This document shows, in pieces, positions 1 through 12,616 of a stretch of DNA of 64,000 bases. The position numbers and the translations under genes were made by a program. Positions within the stretch are counted from its first letter, which is position 1. Each line of letters starts with the position of its first letter. Below the pieces are notes generated by a model, which worked only from the letters and a program-made list of their open reading frames with translations, ran no database searches and was not told where the DNA came from. The stretch is from Camelus dromedarius. Its lineage: Eukaryota. The DNA lies in NCBI RefSeq assembly GCF_036321535.1, contig NC_087442.1:14694001-14758000 (forward strand), written 5' to 3'.

Positions 1-1434
1 TTAGAATTTGCTTAATTGCTGCCAGAATCTGGCAGGGATAGATTGGTGAGAAATTATGTTGGACACTTGAAGTTTTCATTTCTTAGGAAAAGAGATTGCG
101 AGTATTAATGGAAGTTTTTAATTAAGAAAATCCTATATCTGTCAGAGTTTTTAGTTGCAGCAAGATCTAGATTAGCTAATGAAGCAGAAAGGGGTTGATT
201 GAGGATGTCATGCAGCTCACAGAATCTCCAGAAGGGCCAGAGAATTTGACTAGGACCTAGCAAGTTGGTAGGATGGGCCCATCTGAAGCGGAGCTGTGGT
301 CCTAAGGAGTGTTGTGAAGCTCCTTTTAATACCAACAGGCCAGCTTTGCATGCATATCTGTTTCCAAGTTTGTCTCACAGAAGGTTATTCTCAAATGGTT
401 TCCAGGACAGGCAGGGGCGGGAGCACATGGATGGATGTCTACATTACAGGTGGTCTAGGCAACAGTGTTAGTCCCTCCTGCTGTCCTGTCCACCAATTCA
501 TGCTCTGCTGTTACCAAATCCTTGTTAAATTTCCGTGCTCACCATAACCCCAATCCCTTAGATTTCTTCCCAGCTACTTCTAGAAGTTTTGCCATGTTGC
601 TGCTTTTTTTTTTTTCTTTTGGATCACGCCTAGCCCTCTCAGGTTTGACAATTTATTTTTAAAGATAAAAAGAAAAGCAACTTTTTAAGTGAGAGACTCA
701 GCTGTGTGCAGGACACAGCATTTGGCAGCTGATTATTAAATGTGAAAGAGGGTCAGTAAAGGGATATCCCCAGCATTCTCAATTCTCTCCCGCTACATAG
801 GTTCTTTTGTTAGTTCTTTTAAAGGTAAAAGAGGCTCCCCTACATGTCTTTCTATTTTCTGGGCTCTGACATCCCTTGGTAATGAGCAGAGCAACACCCT
901 GTGATGAGCTTTGCTGGACTGAGAGATTTTAACTGTGCTGGGAGAGGTGAACGCACAGACTCCCACTGTAGGCCAGCCTGGGATGGGCTCCCTCCCCCCC
1001 TGTGACCCACAGTGGGGTTGATGGCTGCTGCCCTTGGATTTGACCAGAAAGAGGCAGCCTAGGGTATCTTACGGGACTTCTGTTCTTCTTGATCAGAGGG
1101 AAACACTCATTCAGTTTGGCCTCAAGGTTTTCATTTCTTTTTTACTCTGTTTGAGGAAATCTTTGAACATCTGTATTTAACTTTCCATCTATGATACTGT
1201 ACTTGAAGCAAGAAGATCTAATTCTGCCCCTTCCTTATTAGAATATCTGTTTCATCTTCTGTAAACAAAAGTCTACAGTGAATATCTCACAGCACTGTTG
1301 TAAAGATGAAGTAACTTACATAAAAATGCTTGATAAATGTGCAGTATTCTAAAGACCATTTCCTTCCTTCCAAATGGAGATGAGTGTTTCCCTCAGCATC
1401 TTTTCAGGCAAAAAAATTATAGTGATTACAATAA

Positions 1435-1665
1435 TACTAATTATAGTTAATATTTCTTGAGAGCCTAGTAGGTTTTGATTACAGTTGAGTACATTGCTCA
1501 TATGCTGTGTCATTGAATAGTCACAAGACTCTGTGAAATAGTTACTATGATTATCCCTCCTTTTACATATAAGGAAACTGAGGCTCAGAGATGCCTGATG
1601 TAAAGTGATACAGCTAATAAGCAGAGGAGCCAGGACTTGAATGCAAGGCAGTCTGACTCTAGATC
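1435..1665 (-). mobile_element. MIR SINE
   Basis: AAGGAAACTGAGGCTCAGAGA is the reverse complement of the MIR core; flanks fit the MIR layout. Confidence 0.85.
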
Positions 1666-2029
1666 TCCTGCATTATGCACAGCTCCTACCCCTGTATATT
1701 CAACACTGGTAGCTCCGTTTCTTATCTAAAAAAGATAAGAATTTCAGACCCATTTATTCTTCCTAGAATCCCTCTTTTATCATGGCTTCCCATCAGCCCC
1801 AGGTCCTGGCTCCTTAGCAGGACATGCTGCTCATGTATCATCCTATTTGGCTTTTGCTGGATCCCTGCTCCAGACGTTGCCGTGTACTCTGCCCCAGCCA
1901 CACCAAACTCCCGGAGGTGGCTTAATGGGCCATGATTTCTCATATGTCCATTTCTCTGCACCTGTGGTTCTAGAAACCTGGAACCCATTCTCCTTCTTCT
2001 ATACCTCCTACATTCCATTCTGTAAAACC

Positions 2030-2520
2030 CAGCTTATTCATTCAACAAATATTCTGGAGTGGGTGCTATAGGTTAGAGTTAGCATGAGGTATAAATCAAT
2101 GACCTCTATGGACCTCTAGTGCAATAGGAGAAGCCCGAGAATGAATTCCAATGTCCTGCACAGAGTGACAAATGCTATGAAAGAGAGAAGCATCCGGTGC
2201 TTTGGCATTATTTCCAATTTTCTTGTTTATTTCTAAAATCTATGAAAAGCCTACAATGGAGCAGGTGGTACTGCTACGTTCTAGTGGTGGGTAGATAATA
2301 GTGACCAAAATAAATAACTAATAATTAAAATAAGAACTACATATTGGGGTAAGTAGTCTTAAAATCTAAAGAGCCAAGTGTTCGCGGGACTAAGAGGAGG
2401 AGGGGCCAAGTTAGAGTGACCAGGGAAAGCTTCCTTTGAGAGGCAACTTCTGAACTTGGACTAGAAGACAGAGAAGCAGCTAGCCGTACTAGTGTTCTAA
2501 ATGAAACATGGGGAAGTTCA
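2030..2520 (-). mobile_element. L2 LINE 3' fragment
   Basis: Starts with ATTCATTCAACAAATATT (reverse of the L2 3' tail), then typical L2 antisense purine-rich segments. Confidence 0.65.
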
Positions 2521-3307
2521 AAGTCCTTGAGGCCAAAAAGAGCTTGTTTTGTTCAAAAATTAGAAAAGAGATCAGTGTGAACACTTGCCAGACTTCCCTT
2601 CCCAAGCCTGGAGTGGCTGCGTTCTCTCCGACGGCTGACTTCTCTGTATTCATCCATCCTCCACAGTGAGTGCACATCTGCCTTGCCCCACACTGACCCT
2701 CTCGAGGTCAGGAGCCACAACCCATTCACCTGTGTGGGTTACTGACCCTAGTCTGTGCGAGGAGCTCAACAAATAGTACTGACATGAGGAATGAATGAAT
2801 GATGTGTCCAGGTCTGGCTACACTATCCTGGTCTGGCTCACTAGAGCACATCATTCATTCACTGGCTACAAAAAAAAAAAAAATGTGCAGAGAGATCACA
2901 GGTAAAGCACAGCGCACTCACCTGGAAGAAGAGCCACCTGGGTGTTTTACTTCCATCCTTATTAACGAATTTTTAGTTCTAATTGTCGTGACAGATGTTA
3001 GAACCAGGAACTATAAATATTTGCAGGGTTTACTTCACACTGTGTATCTGCCTTCATCTCCCTTGGTAAATTCCACGCTCAGAGGCTCATCAGCTGTGCA
3101 CACACAAAGCAGATATATAATAGTCAGTATTAAGGAAGGCTGCATAATAGAGCATTCTTCACACTAATTAGTTACTGAGCAGAGGGATCGTCTTTTTTTC
3201 CCCCTGAAGCTTCTACATTGCTCCCTACTAACTTCTGGATTGAGAACTTCTGCTTTGTGTTTTAGGTTGGAGCAATTGTCATCAGCATTTCTTAAGCATC
3301 ATAAAAG

Positions 3308-3500
3308 TAGCTGCAATTTATTGAGTATTTTCTATGTGACAGGCATTATACTAAGCCCTTAGCATGCGCTGTCTCACTTGATGCCCACGGCAGCCCCAAG
3401 GAGCTTGGGTCGTGTTTTACAAATGAGGACGCTAAGGTTGCAGCTTGCACAAGGTCACCCAGCCAAAGGGGTCAGGCTTGAACTTCAGGTCAGGACAGTC
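3308..3500 (-). mobile_element. MIR SINE
   Basis: TTTATTGAG...TGTGACAGGCA...TTTTACAAATGAGGA...CAAGGTCACCCAG follows the antisense MIR pattern. Confidence 0.75.
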
Positions 3501-4706
3501 TGTGTCCACAGTTCTTTCTGTTAGACCAATGCTTCCAAAACTCAGTGCTTCCTATGAGATCTCTTTGGGTATTCTAAAATAAATGAATAATTTTGGTTTT
3601 CGCTTTAATGATAATTCTAAAACATTAATATAAGTGTGTTTAGGGTCATTTACCATTGATTGAGTGGTGTCAGATAATTTCTGACTCAAGCGTGTCTTTG
3701 TGTAACAATTGCATGAAGGCACATGATAAAATTTTGTGCTGCATTTCTCAAGCTGCAGTCCTTGAGAGCCTGAATTCCTCCAGAGTAAGACACAGTACTG
3801 CAGTGCATCCATTACACTTAGTGTCCTCCCAGGCTCAACTCTGGGCTGGATTCAGGACTGCCTCCTCTCCACTGTGAGATTCACAGAGATGCTATTCATA
3901 GGATCCAAGGCACTGGTGTCCTGGTAACAAACGCTGCCGGCGGAGACACTGTGCAGCGAGCGTCCCAGTGACTCCAGCTGGCTTTGCCCTGATGCACAGC
4001 CTTCAGGAACCTCCAGGGAAATCAAAGCTGGCTGGTTGTTGCTCAGTGCACAGAGGCAGGGAAAAGAGAAAAAGACTTTTTCTAGAGGAATAAACAGTAT
4101 TTGCAGAAGAGCTCTTCAGAAATCCAAAGAGCAAGAAGCTGGTAAAGATCTTCCTGGTGTCCTACTGCTGGGGCACACTGGGGCCCAGGCCCATAGCTGT
4201 TTACTGTAGGTTCACACACACTCACAGCACTCGCTCCTGCAAGGTGAAAATAATTTCAGGAATTATTTTTATTCTACAGAAGACATAAAAACTTTATTTT
4301 CAGATCTTGCCCAGATGCACAAGAGGAATCAATTAAGCTGCTGTGAAGGCTGTGGTCTAAAAAATGAAGAGAAATCCAGGAAAATGTCTTTAGATCTAAC
4401 CTTTGCTGCTGCTGTAGACAGAGCATTGGGTGCCTGGGGGTGGGAGGAATCCTGCGGCGGGGAAGTGGAGCTCCCCTGCTTGACTCTGGGGGACAAGGGT
4501 AGAGACAGGTGAGTGGATTAATGCTGAGAGCTCACAACCCTAGAATATGCAGTACCAAAGTCATATATTTAAATGATGTCTTTTAAAATCTAGGGGACAA
4601 ATTTTTCAAAAATAACAATAAGCTCACATGTATTTTGCATCTTCACAACTAATGAGGTTGACCTGAAGGATATATAAAAATGAAAGTGTGAAATTTTGCT
4701 CACTGA

Positions 4707-5109
4707 AGTATTAGTTTGCTAGTGCTGCTGTAACAAGGTTCCATAGACTGGGCNNNNNNNNNNNNNNNNNNNNNNNNNNNNNNNNNNNNNNNNNNNNNNN
4801 NNNNNNNNNNNNNNNNNNNNNNNNNNNNNNNNNNNNNNNNNNNNNNNNNNNNNNNNNNNNNNNNNNNNNNNNNNNNNNNNNNNNNNNNNNNNNNNNCTCT
4901 CCTGGTGTCTTCACATCGTCTTCCCTCTGTGCGNNNNNNNNNNNNNNNNNNNNNNNNNNNNNNNNNNNNNNNNNNNNNNNNNNNNNNNNNNNNNNNNNNN
5001 NNNNNNNNNNNNNNNNNNNNNNNNNNNNNNNNNNNNNNNNNNNNNNNNNNNNNNNNNNNNNNGTGTTGGAATTAGGAATTTAACATGAATTTTCGTAGGG
5101 GACATAACA
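4707..5109 (-). mobile_element. MaLR solo LTR (MLT1A-D-like), partly N-masked
   Basis: Begins GTATTAGTTTGCTAGTGCTGCTGTAACAA, ends GGGGACATAACA; 5-bp TSD-like ACTGA/ACTAA. Confidence 0.8.
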
Positions 5110-8100
5110 ACTAATACATGGACCGAAAAAGAAAAATTCATTTTGGAGCAAGTAAAAAGTGATTTATGGAGCTGCACTTAATGAAATTTTAAATATTCTG
5201 GAGTTCAAGCTTTTCCCCTTTTCTATAAATCATAATTTGAATTTCCAGTAGCACCAGTCATATAACATTAAGGATCAGATATGATAATAGAAAAATAATG
5301 ATGTGCTAGTTGGGAACTACCTATGGTTTACAATGATGTATTTCATTTCTAACTTACACTACAATATAATTTATAATATTTTATAGTAAGATAAATTTTC
5401 TACCTATGCCCTCATTATTGTAGAAACAGGCTTTTAAACATTTCAATATCGTATCAGAAATAAATGTTCTTTTTTCTGCATTTGATGCAGAAAAAGTCAG
5501 TGTGGGGAGGTCACTGTCAAGGAGTGTAAGGTCTTGAGAGTGGCCTGTGGACTGAGGAAGGGGAAGACACTTTTGCTGAACAGAAGAAACTTAAACATTC
5601 ATTCCCCCCCTATGGCTTTGGGTGTGTGTGTTACACGTGCATTTAAGTGTATCACTCTATTTTAGTTGACTTTGAGGGTTCTTCAAAATAACTAGGAGAC
5701 ATGGGAATGGAGTTAGGGGCTGGCAGTATCACCAAGTGTGACAAGCATGTAGTGACTGCCAAGCCACACACACACGCACACCCGAGTCTCTAACACAGGT
5801 ATCAGAATTGCGTGCTATTGCACCTGCAAATACACAGGCATAATTGCACCCACATTCTCAAAGCTACTTATATAAAGTTATATATTCTTTGCAGAGTTTC
5901 ACTTGCTTTAGTTATATTTGCCTCTCTTCCATTTTATTTAGTACTTTAAAACTTTTTTTTTTTTTTTGCCAAAGGTGAAAAAGATAAAATGTAGCAGCTG
6001 AATATGAATGCAAACACACACACACACAGACACATGCATAGCTTTCTGGTTTCTTTCTGCAACTATATTCAAGTGCAAAGGCCGTGGATTAAAGGACGTA
6101 CAGATGAAGCACCTCTGATTCCCTTCTTCACTGCTCTTCTCTCTTGTGACTCTCAGAGGAAAAATCCACCAAAGATTTCAGTTGTTTTTACATTTCCAAT
6201 CACATGAGTAGATGTAGCTATTACATAAGGAAGATGTAAATGTGCCGAGATAAAAACAGGTTTGATTGGTGACTGTCTCCCTGGTACACACACATATAGG
6301 TCAGATCAGGGAGGGACCTCGACACACTCATGCAAATGTGTATCCGAAAGCACCTCCTAAAAGGGACTCCTCCTTGATGGTTGGAGAAACCAGTGGTTGT
6401 CTCCACTGCTTCACTTAAAGAAAGGGAAATGGAGAGACAGGAGGGAAAAGCGGCTGAAAGGCTGCGGAGAGGAGTCTCTGGGTGGAGGGAGTAGAGCTTA
6501 GTCTACTGATACAGGGAGCGTTGCTTTGGAAAATAACTGACGTGCTTAGGGACTTTTACCAAACTTGCTCTGCGTGGTTGATGAAATAATTTCCTCATCT
6601 CCACTAAACTGACAGTTAAGTCCACATTACTCACCAGCACTTTCGTAGCTGAACTTTCTATTTTGACGCGATGCAGTTGTGCTGAGTCACCTCCCAAAGT
6701 AAATGGGGGCAAAACAGAGGTGCCGCAAAGGGTCCAGATATATTTAGTTTGTATAGGATCTTTAATGCCCTTGATATCAGAGAGCAAACTTGTGTAGAAG
6801 GGCAGATAATTGAGAGGTATTGTTATGAAACAGAGGTGATGAGCAAAAATGAAGGTGGACATGAGGGAAAGAACAGGTGTCCCACACGTGGGCAGCACAG
6901 AGGAGAAGCCCGGTGCCGGCAGGTACATATGTATGTAGGTACATATGTATTCCATACATAATCCTAGAAGTAAATGCACTGAGTCCATAAAAGAGGAAAT
7001 GAAGCGAGGGGTATTACAAAATAAGAAATTGAAAAAGAAACAACAAATTACTCCACAGAGGTGGGACTGAATTATATCTGAGAATAATGTATTATGAAAA
7101 AATTTAAATGATTATACTTTGTATTTTTAAATATATAGAAATTTCTTCCTGTATTGTGTCACTTAATATATGCTATGTCAATTTAAACCAAAATACTGGG
7201 AAATTTAATGAATGGCACCATGCTAGGAAGCCTAGTACCTGGAATCCTGGTGGATCACTGAGTTGTACATTGACAATTCAGCCAGCCTTATTATCAGTTC
7301 TGAGACACAGCTGGCATAGTGCAGGAATTAGATATTTCCAGGACTCTAGGCAACGAATGAGGTCCTTTAAATAGGTTCACGAAGCATTAAAAGGGTGTTG
7401 GTGTTATCCAGACTTCTGGATTTATTTACACTGTGATTTTACTGTTTGACAGTAATCTGATCCTTTTCCTCCACTCAGTTTCCATGATTTATTGAACAAG
7501 TCTCCACAGGTTAGTTAACTTTAGGGCTCTCTGTGGCACACCTCCCTCTGTCCTTGTCCTCTGGCACTCTTGACCTCTGAATCTTCAGAGTGTCCATAGC
7601 TTCCTCATATAGGAATTCCACTTCTTAGAAGGCATACATCTCCTTCCTATTCTAATCAATAGTTCTTCCCATTGGTTTAATGACCCAAAGCCATTTTATT
7701 TGAATCAGTAGCAAATAAGTTGACTTGCTTTAGTTAAGTACTCAAATAGTTTCATCTCTTAATTCTCTTTTTATATTCTGTATATACACAACAGGTCATC
7801 AGAAAAAAAGAAATCAAACCAAGACATTTTGCTAAGAAAATGACATAAGCTTATTTCAGAATTTTCAACTCTTCTGCATCTTACAATAACATCTCTCAAG
7901 ATCTTAAAAAAAAATTTAAATTGATGTCTTTCTTTCAGTGCCCACTCACAACCTTATTTCTTGCAGATTTCCCAAATACTGGAAATGGGAGTGAGTGTTT
8001 ACTTATACCAACCACATGGCAATCCTATTTCTAAAAGGGCCTGTGAGTAGATGGAAAAGAAGTGATGCATCCTGTTTGGTTATCTGCCTTTTGAGAATGA

Positions 8101-8149
8101 GTTTACTGTGACGGACTCTTATATAAGTTGCTGATAAAAATTTAAATTG

Positions 8150-8620
8150 GTACTTCCTTTCAAGAAAGAAGTATGTCAATACATACCTGGAGCTTTAAAA
8201 TCCTGTCCTTTGATCCAGCAGATCCTCTTCTAATCATATACAGTAGGACAAAACTTAAATATGCAATGATTTGTCTGCAAAAATACACATTGAATCATTA
8301 TTTATAATAATAAAAAGTGAGAACATGCCAGCTGACCAACAAAAGAAGAAGGGTTACAAAAAATAAGGGCTGGAATGTCATAAAGGAATACTTCTTGGTC
8401 ATGTTTCAAAGTGTATGCAGTGGCATGAAAAATAACACAGTAGAACTTTTATACTTTATCAACTGTCAACATGTTCCTAGTTAAGGTATATATTATATAT
8501 ATATATATAGAAAGGAAACGTGAATAGAATCTGTTGCTAAAAATGTCATCTCTATATTGTAAATCCATGGGTAATTTCTTTACCATATGTTTCTTTATTT
8601 TCTATATAAGCTGTTATTAC
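8150..8620 (+). mobile_element. Old L1 (L1ME-like) 3' fragment
   Basis: CCTTTGATCCAGCAGATCCTCTTCTA and downstream degenerate ORF2-end/3'UTR motifs. Confidence 0.55.
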
Positions 8621-8904
8621 TTTTAAAACTGGATAGTAATTAATATTTTTTTAAGAAGAATGAAATAATTCAGAGAGGAGAAACCCTCTCTTCGCTTCAG
8701 CTAAATCTACTATAGACATACTTTTTCTCCTACTAATTCATTCTCTTCCACATCATGCATCTGTGATGTAGCAAAAGAAACAGGCATTGAAGCCATAAAA
8801 ATAGCTGCTGTATACCCGTGATTTTTAATATAAATACACTTACAGAGTACTTCACAATTTTGAAAGACTCTCACGTAAAGCAGTCTTGAAAACACCACTT
8901 GTAA

Positions 8905-9005
8905 TGTGAACTCTATGGGAGCAAAATTTTGTCTTGTTGGACGTTATTTCCCAGCATCTAGAACAGCGCCTGATATGTAGTGGGTGTAGAGTGTATATTT
9001 GCTGT
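8905..9005 (+). mobile_element. L2 3' end fragment
   Basis: CCCAGCATCTAGAACAGCGCCTGATATGTAGT is typical of the L2 tail. Confidence 0.6.
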
Positions 9006-9049
9006 ATTTGTTTTTCATGCAGTAGTAGCAAAATGGGATCTCAAAGGTC

Positions 9050-9200
9050 ATAATCTCATGTGATGTTCATGATGGCCCTCTGAGCAGGATATACCAGGTT
9101 TTATGGTCCCCAGTTTACAGGAAACACATGCAGAATGATTGGTTTGCCCAAGATCACACAGCCGGTAAGTGGCCGACATCAATTAGAACCAATTCTCTAG
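9050..9200 (-). mobile_element. MIR SINE fragment
   Basis: CCCCAGTTTACAGGAAAC...TTGCCCAAGATCACACAGCCGGTAAGTGGC. Confidence 0.7.
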
Positions 9201-11309
9201 GTGAAGACTTCTCTTTACTATCAGTAGTTGCTGTGCATTGAAAGAAAGAATTTTCTTGGCTAAATTTTGAGTTTTCTACATAGCTTACACTTTGGTGGCC
9301 ATTATAATACTAGAGATAAGTGCCCTAATAGGGAAAATAAAGGTAATAGGCTTCCAGCTCAGACCAAGAGGTCAACAAATGAGAAATAGTGTCAAAAATA
9401 CCAAGTACCTGAATAACGGGCAGCATTAACAAGAAGGAGGTGGCAGTGGAAGCGTGGGGTTGATGGTCTGAAGACTGGGTTTGAAGGCCAAAGACTAAGA
9501 GAGAAAAAGAATGATGCTCATGCATAACTGAAATAAGCATAAGTGTAGAGATTCAAGCAAAAGGAGTGATTTGAACAATGGGCATCAGATAAGCACAAAA
9601 TAAGACCATTAGGCATTTACTAGAGATGTGATGATGAATGGAAGCAGTGCTGTGTTACGTGAGGAGGTCAAAGAGTCAGGGAATGGCCTCTCATCTGACT
9701 GTCCTTTTGGATCATTGTAGACCTTGAGGAATCACTGACACTCTTTTGGCCTCTATTTCTTCACCAGTTACATAGCGGATATGGATTAAGTTCTTTCCAG
9801 ATCACAGACTCCATGATACTAATTAAAAACCCTCATGTAGACTGGGTAAAGCTTGAGAAGTTGTTTATAAGTTTTTGAGGCCACAGAGACAAGTAGTGAC
9901 AAAGCTCATTTTGTTTGTCAGAACAATGTTCATAAAAGTCACCCAGAAAAATGCTTTTGATTGGAAGCAATTTTACTGACCCAATTTTCTTCTTTATTCT
10001 CAAATTTGAACAATTTGCTATGTGAGCAATCAAACTAACTTTATGCAAATGCAGATTCTTCCTTCTTTCCACTGTTTTTTACTGAAGACTCCTCATTTTT
10101 CTATTTAGATTGAACCCAGGGTGGACTTAAGGTCTGTCGTGTGTCAAAGGAATGCCATGATGACTTGCCGGTTGCATCAGAAAAATAAATTGATTGACAT
10201 TGTACAGATTAAATGGTTGATATCTTGGTATTTAGCAAGTTGTTAATTGATGAATATAAAATAAATGTCAGACTCAGGTAATAGAGAGAGGATGTGCTCT
10301 TGCCTGCACCAACAAGAACTGGGGAGAGATTCCCATTCCCAAAATGCTCCCTGAAATGAATGACCTATGCTAGTTAGATAAAATAGTGTCTAGTGTTCAG
10401 AATAACTTTCATTGTTTTGAAATAAAATTTTACAAACTCCTAATCAGTATGGGGATCCATTTACTAGCCAAAATATGCAAACTGTTGCCCCAACCACCAG
10501 CTCTACTGGAGAGCTAGAGGACTATAATTACTGAGAATTCCCCAGTAAGGGCTTTGGAGAATATGAGACAAGGGAAATCAGAGTTTTATTCCAGTTGGCA
10601 TCCTGGTTTATTCCCTGAGGATACCATTTTAATATACAGCTGTTGCTTAAAATGTCAGCCAAAGACTAGGAATTATTAAATGTTCAGACACTGACTATTT
10701 ATTCCTAAATTAAACATAAAACCTTCTTTGACCTTACAGTCATCTCACCTTTCATGGGTTAAGAGAAGGAGACATTTATAATGACAAGTAAAAACAGAGT
10801 AAAAGATTGTTTCTTCAGTATAGAGGGTGGAAAGCTGGGGATATACATGAACAAAATGAATACTTGGGAGCAGCAATTTAGCAAAATTTTAGCAACTCCT
10901 GACCTAATTGCACCCTTGAAGCTTGAGTAAAAGAAGCTCAGGACAATGACTCTGTACACAAATACTACTTCCCCTAATATATAATGGACGTTGGAACTTA
11001 TCTGAAGAGGTGGTGAGGGTAAGAATGGAAAACTTCAAGCTCTGCTTAAGTGTAAGCTAGGTTTTGTATAACATTTGTGGTGGATGTCATGTCCCCTCTC
11101 ATCATAAGCCTTATGACCCTCTTGAGCACCCACCTGCCCTATGATCCCTAATCCCTACTGGCCATTGTTTTCATCCCAGTATTGCTCTGTTGCTTAGCAC
11201 ATTCAATGACCTGCTTAGTCCAAATGTCTTGGTGATGACCAAGTATATTAATTTTACAGAGAAATTACCTCTTGTTCTTAGTCTATTATCACTAAGTTAT
11301 CATTATCAC

Positions 11310-11520
11310 ACTAATGATAACTGCTAACCTTTATTGGCACATGTTATATATAGTCTGTGTTCTGTTCTCAGTGGATTTTATACAACTCATTTAACTTGGA
11401 TTTTCATATGCCCATTCACAAGTGAGGAATCTGAGACCCAGATACATGAATTAACTTTCTCAGAGTCTCATAGTAACTTAGTGATGGAGCCAGAATTTAA
11501 ACTCCAGCCCTTAACCCACA
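11310..11520 (-). mobile_element. MIR SINE
   Basis: CCCATTCACAAGTGAGGAATCTGAGACCCAGA...GATGGAGCCAGAATTTAAACTCCAG. Confidence 0.7.
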
Positions 11521-12178
11521 CGTTTCTGCCACTATCATGGACTGAGTGGAGGAAGTATCTTAGAAATATTTAGCAATATACTTCACTTGCTAGGCAGGTG
11601 ATGCTGACTGTTCTTATCTTTGGAGCTAAAGTTGACAAGCCCTATTTTATACTGCATTCTCCTTAGGAAAAGGGAGATGGCAAGATGATTGAGTGGAAAA
11701 GGATAGTCTTTTGATTTGAATTCTCATGGTTTTACTTACCTGGCTTATCCCACGTTGGTACATTCCATTTGCTTCATCCAAGGCTAGGAGTCTCTGTAGG
11801 GTCAAAGCTGTGTGTTTGGTAGGTTCATAGGTGGTTCACATATATTAATAGCTGGCCAAGTGTATAAGCAGAGAACAGATCAGGAGTGGAAGCACTCTGA
11901 AATTGTTTGCCAGAAAAAAGGCTTATCAACAGTCCCACAGAGAGGGAATGTGGGAGGTGAAGGGCTAAGCAAAGCTTTGTAGCTCTCCACTGAGCACTGA
12001 CCTGGCTTATTCTCTCAGAGATGCCTGCTGTGTTTCTATTTCCTAAGTACCTTCAGACAGTATGTTGTTTATCAAACGGGGGCAACCAATGAGATAACAG
12101 GCATTTATAGGTGTTCACACACAGAGGTAGGCTGCATTACTCCTGCCTCTTCCCATAGGCATCCTCCTGGCAACAGCA

Positions 12179-12179
<1 letters not shown>

Positions 12180-12246
<67 letters not shown>

Positions 12247-12255
12247 CACACACAC
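12180..12255. repeat. (CA)n microsatellite, ~38 units with one interruption
   Basis: Seen directly. Confidence 0.98.
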
Positions 12256-12323
12256 CCCTGTCTATATATCAAATCATTTCATTCCTGGCCATTTATAAGA
12301 AAAGTGGCTCCCTCCCCCATGCT

Positions 12324-12361
12324 TACTAATGCAATGCTTTTTTTTTTCTTCTTAATCACAG
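12324..12361 (+). promoter_or_regulatory. PTN: Branch point, polypyrimidine tract and 3' splice site of PTN last exon
   Basis: TACTAAT at 12324-12330 (branch A 12329, ~33 nt upstream of the exon), then a T-rich tract and CACAG. Confidence 0.8.
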
Positions 12362-12417
12362 CAGAATCTAAGAAGAAGAAAAAGGAAGGCAAGAAACAGG
12401 AGAAGATGCTGGACTAA
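12362..12417 (+). CDS. PTN: Pleiotrophin, terminal coding exon (polybasic C-terminal tail; partial CDS, phase 1)
   Basis: cag|CA GAA TCT AAG AAG AAG AAA AAG GAA GGC AAG AAA CAG GAG AAG ATG CTG GAC TAA translates to (A)ESKKKKKEGKKQEKMLD*, the known mammalian PTN C-terminus. It is too short to appear in the ORF track. Confidence 0.97.
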
Positions 12418-12610
12418 AAGCTGCCACCTTCCGTGGAACATGAAAAGGACATCAGCAAACAGGATCAGTTAACTATTGCATTTATATCTACCGTAGGCTT
12501 TTTATTCAAAAATTATCTATAGCTTAAATATACAATAGGCAGAAACGAAAAGAAAAATTTCGTAGTAGCATTTTTTTTAAATGTATACCATAGTACGACT
12601 AGGGGCTTAT

Positions 12611-12616
12611 AATAAA
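12611..12616 (+). terminator. PTN: PolyA signal AATAAA (proximal)
   Basis: AATAAA within the PTN 3'UTR. Confidence 0.55.

Larger units (their letters stand above)
1..12361 (+). other. PTN: Distal part of the last intron of PTN
   Basis: Ends in a canonical acceptor (branch-like TACTAAT, T-rich tract, CACAG) directly before the PTN terminal exon; no upstream PTN exon (e.g. ECKYQFQAWGECD) was found in the window, so the intron starts before base 1. Confidence 0.85.

Noticed and set aside
6921-6950. Perfect 14-bp tandem duplication AGGTACATATGTAT with an internal palindrome
   Set aside because: Typical slippage micro-duplication; no further structure.
6503-6988. 161-aa minus-strand ORF, the longest non-repeat ORF
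   Set aside because: No recognisable domain or family similarity; a rough stop-frequency estimate predicts about one or two ORFs this long by chance across six frames of 64 kb.
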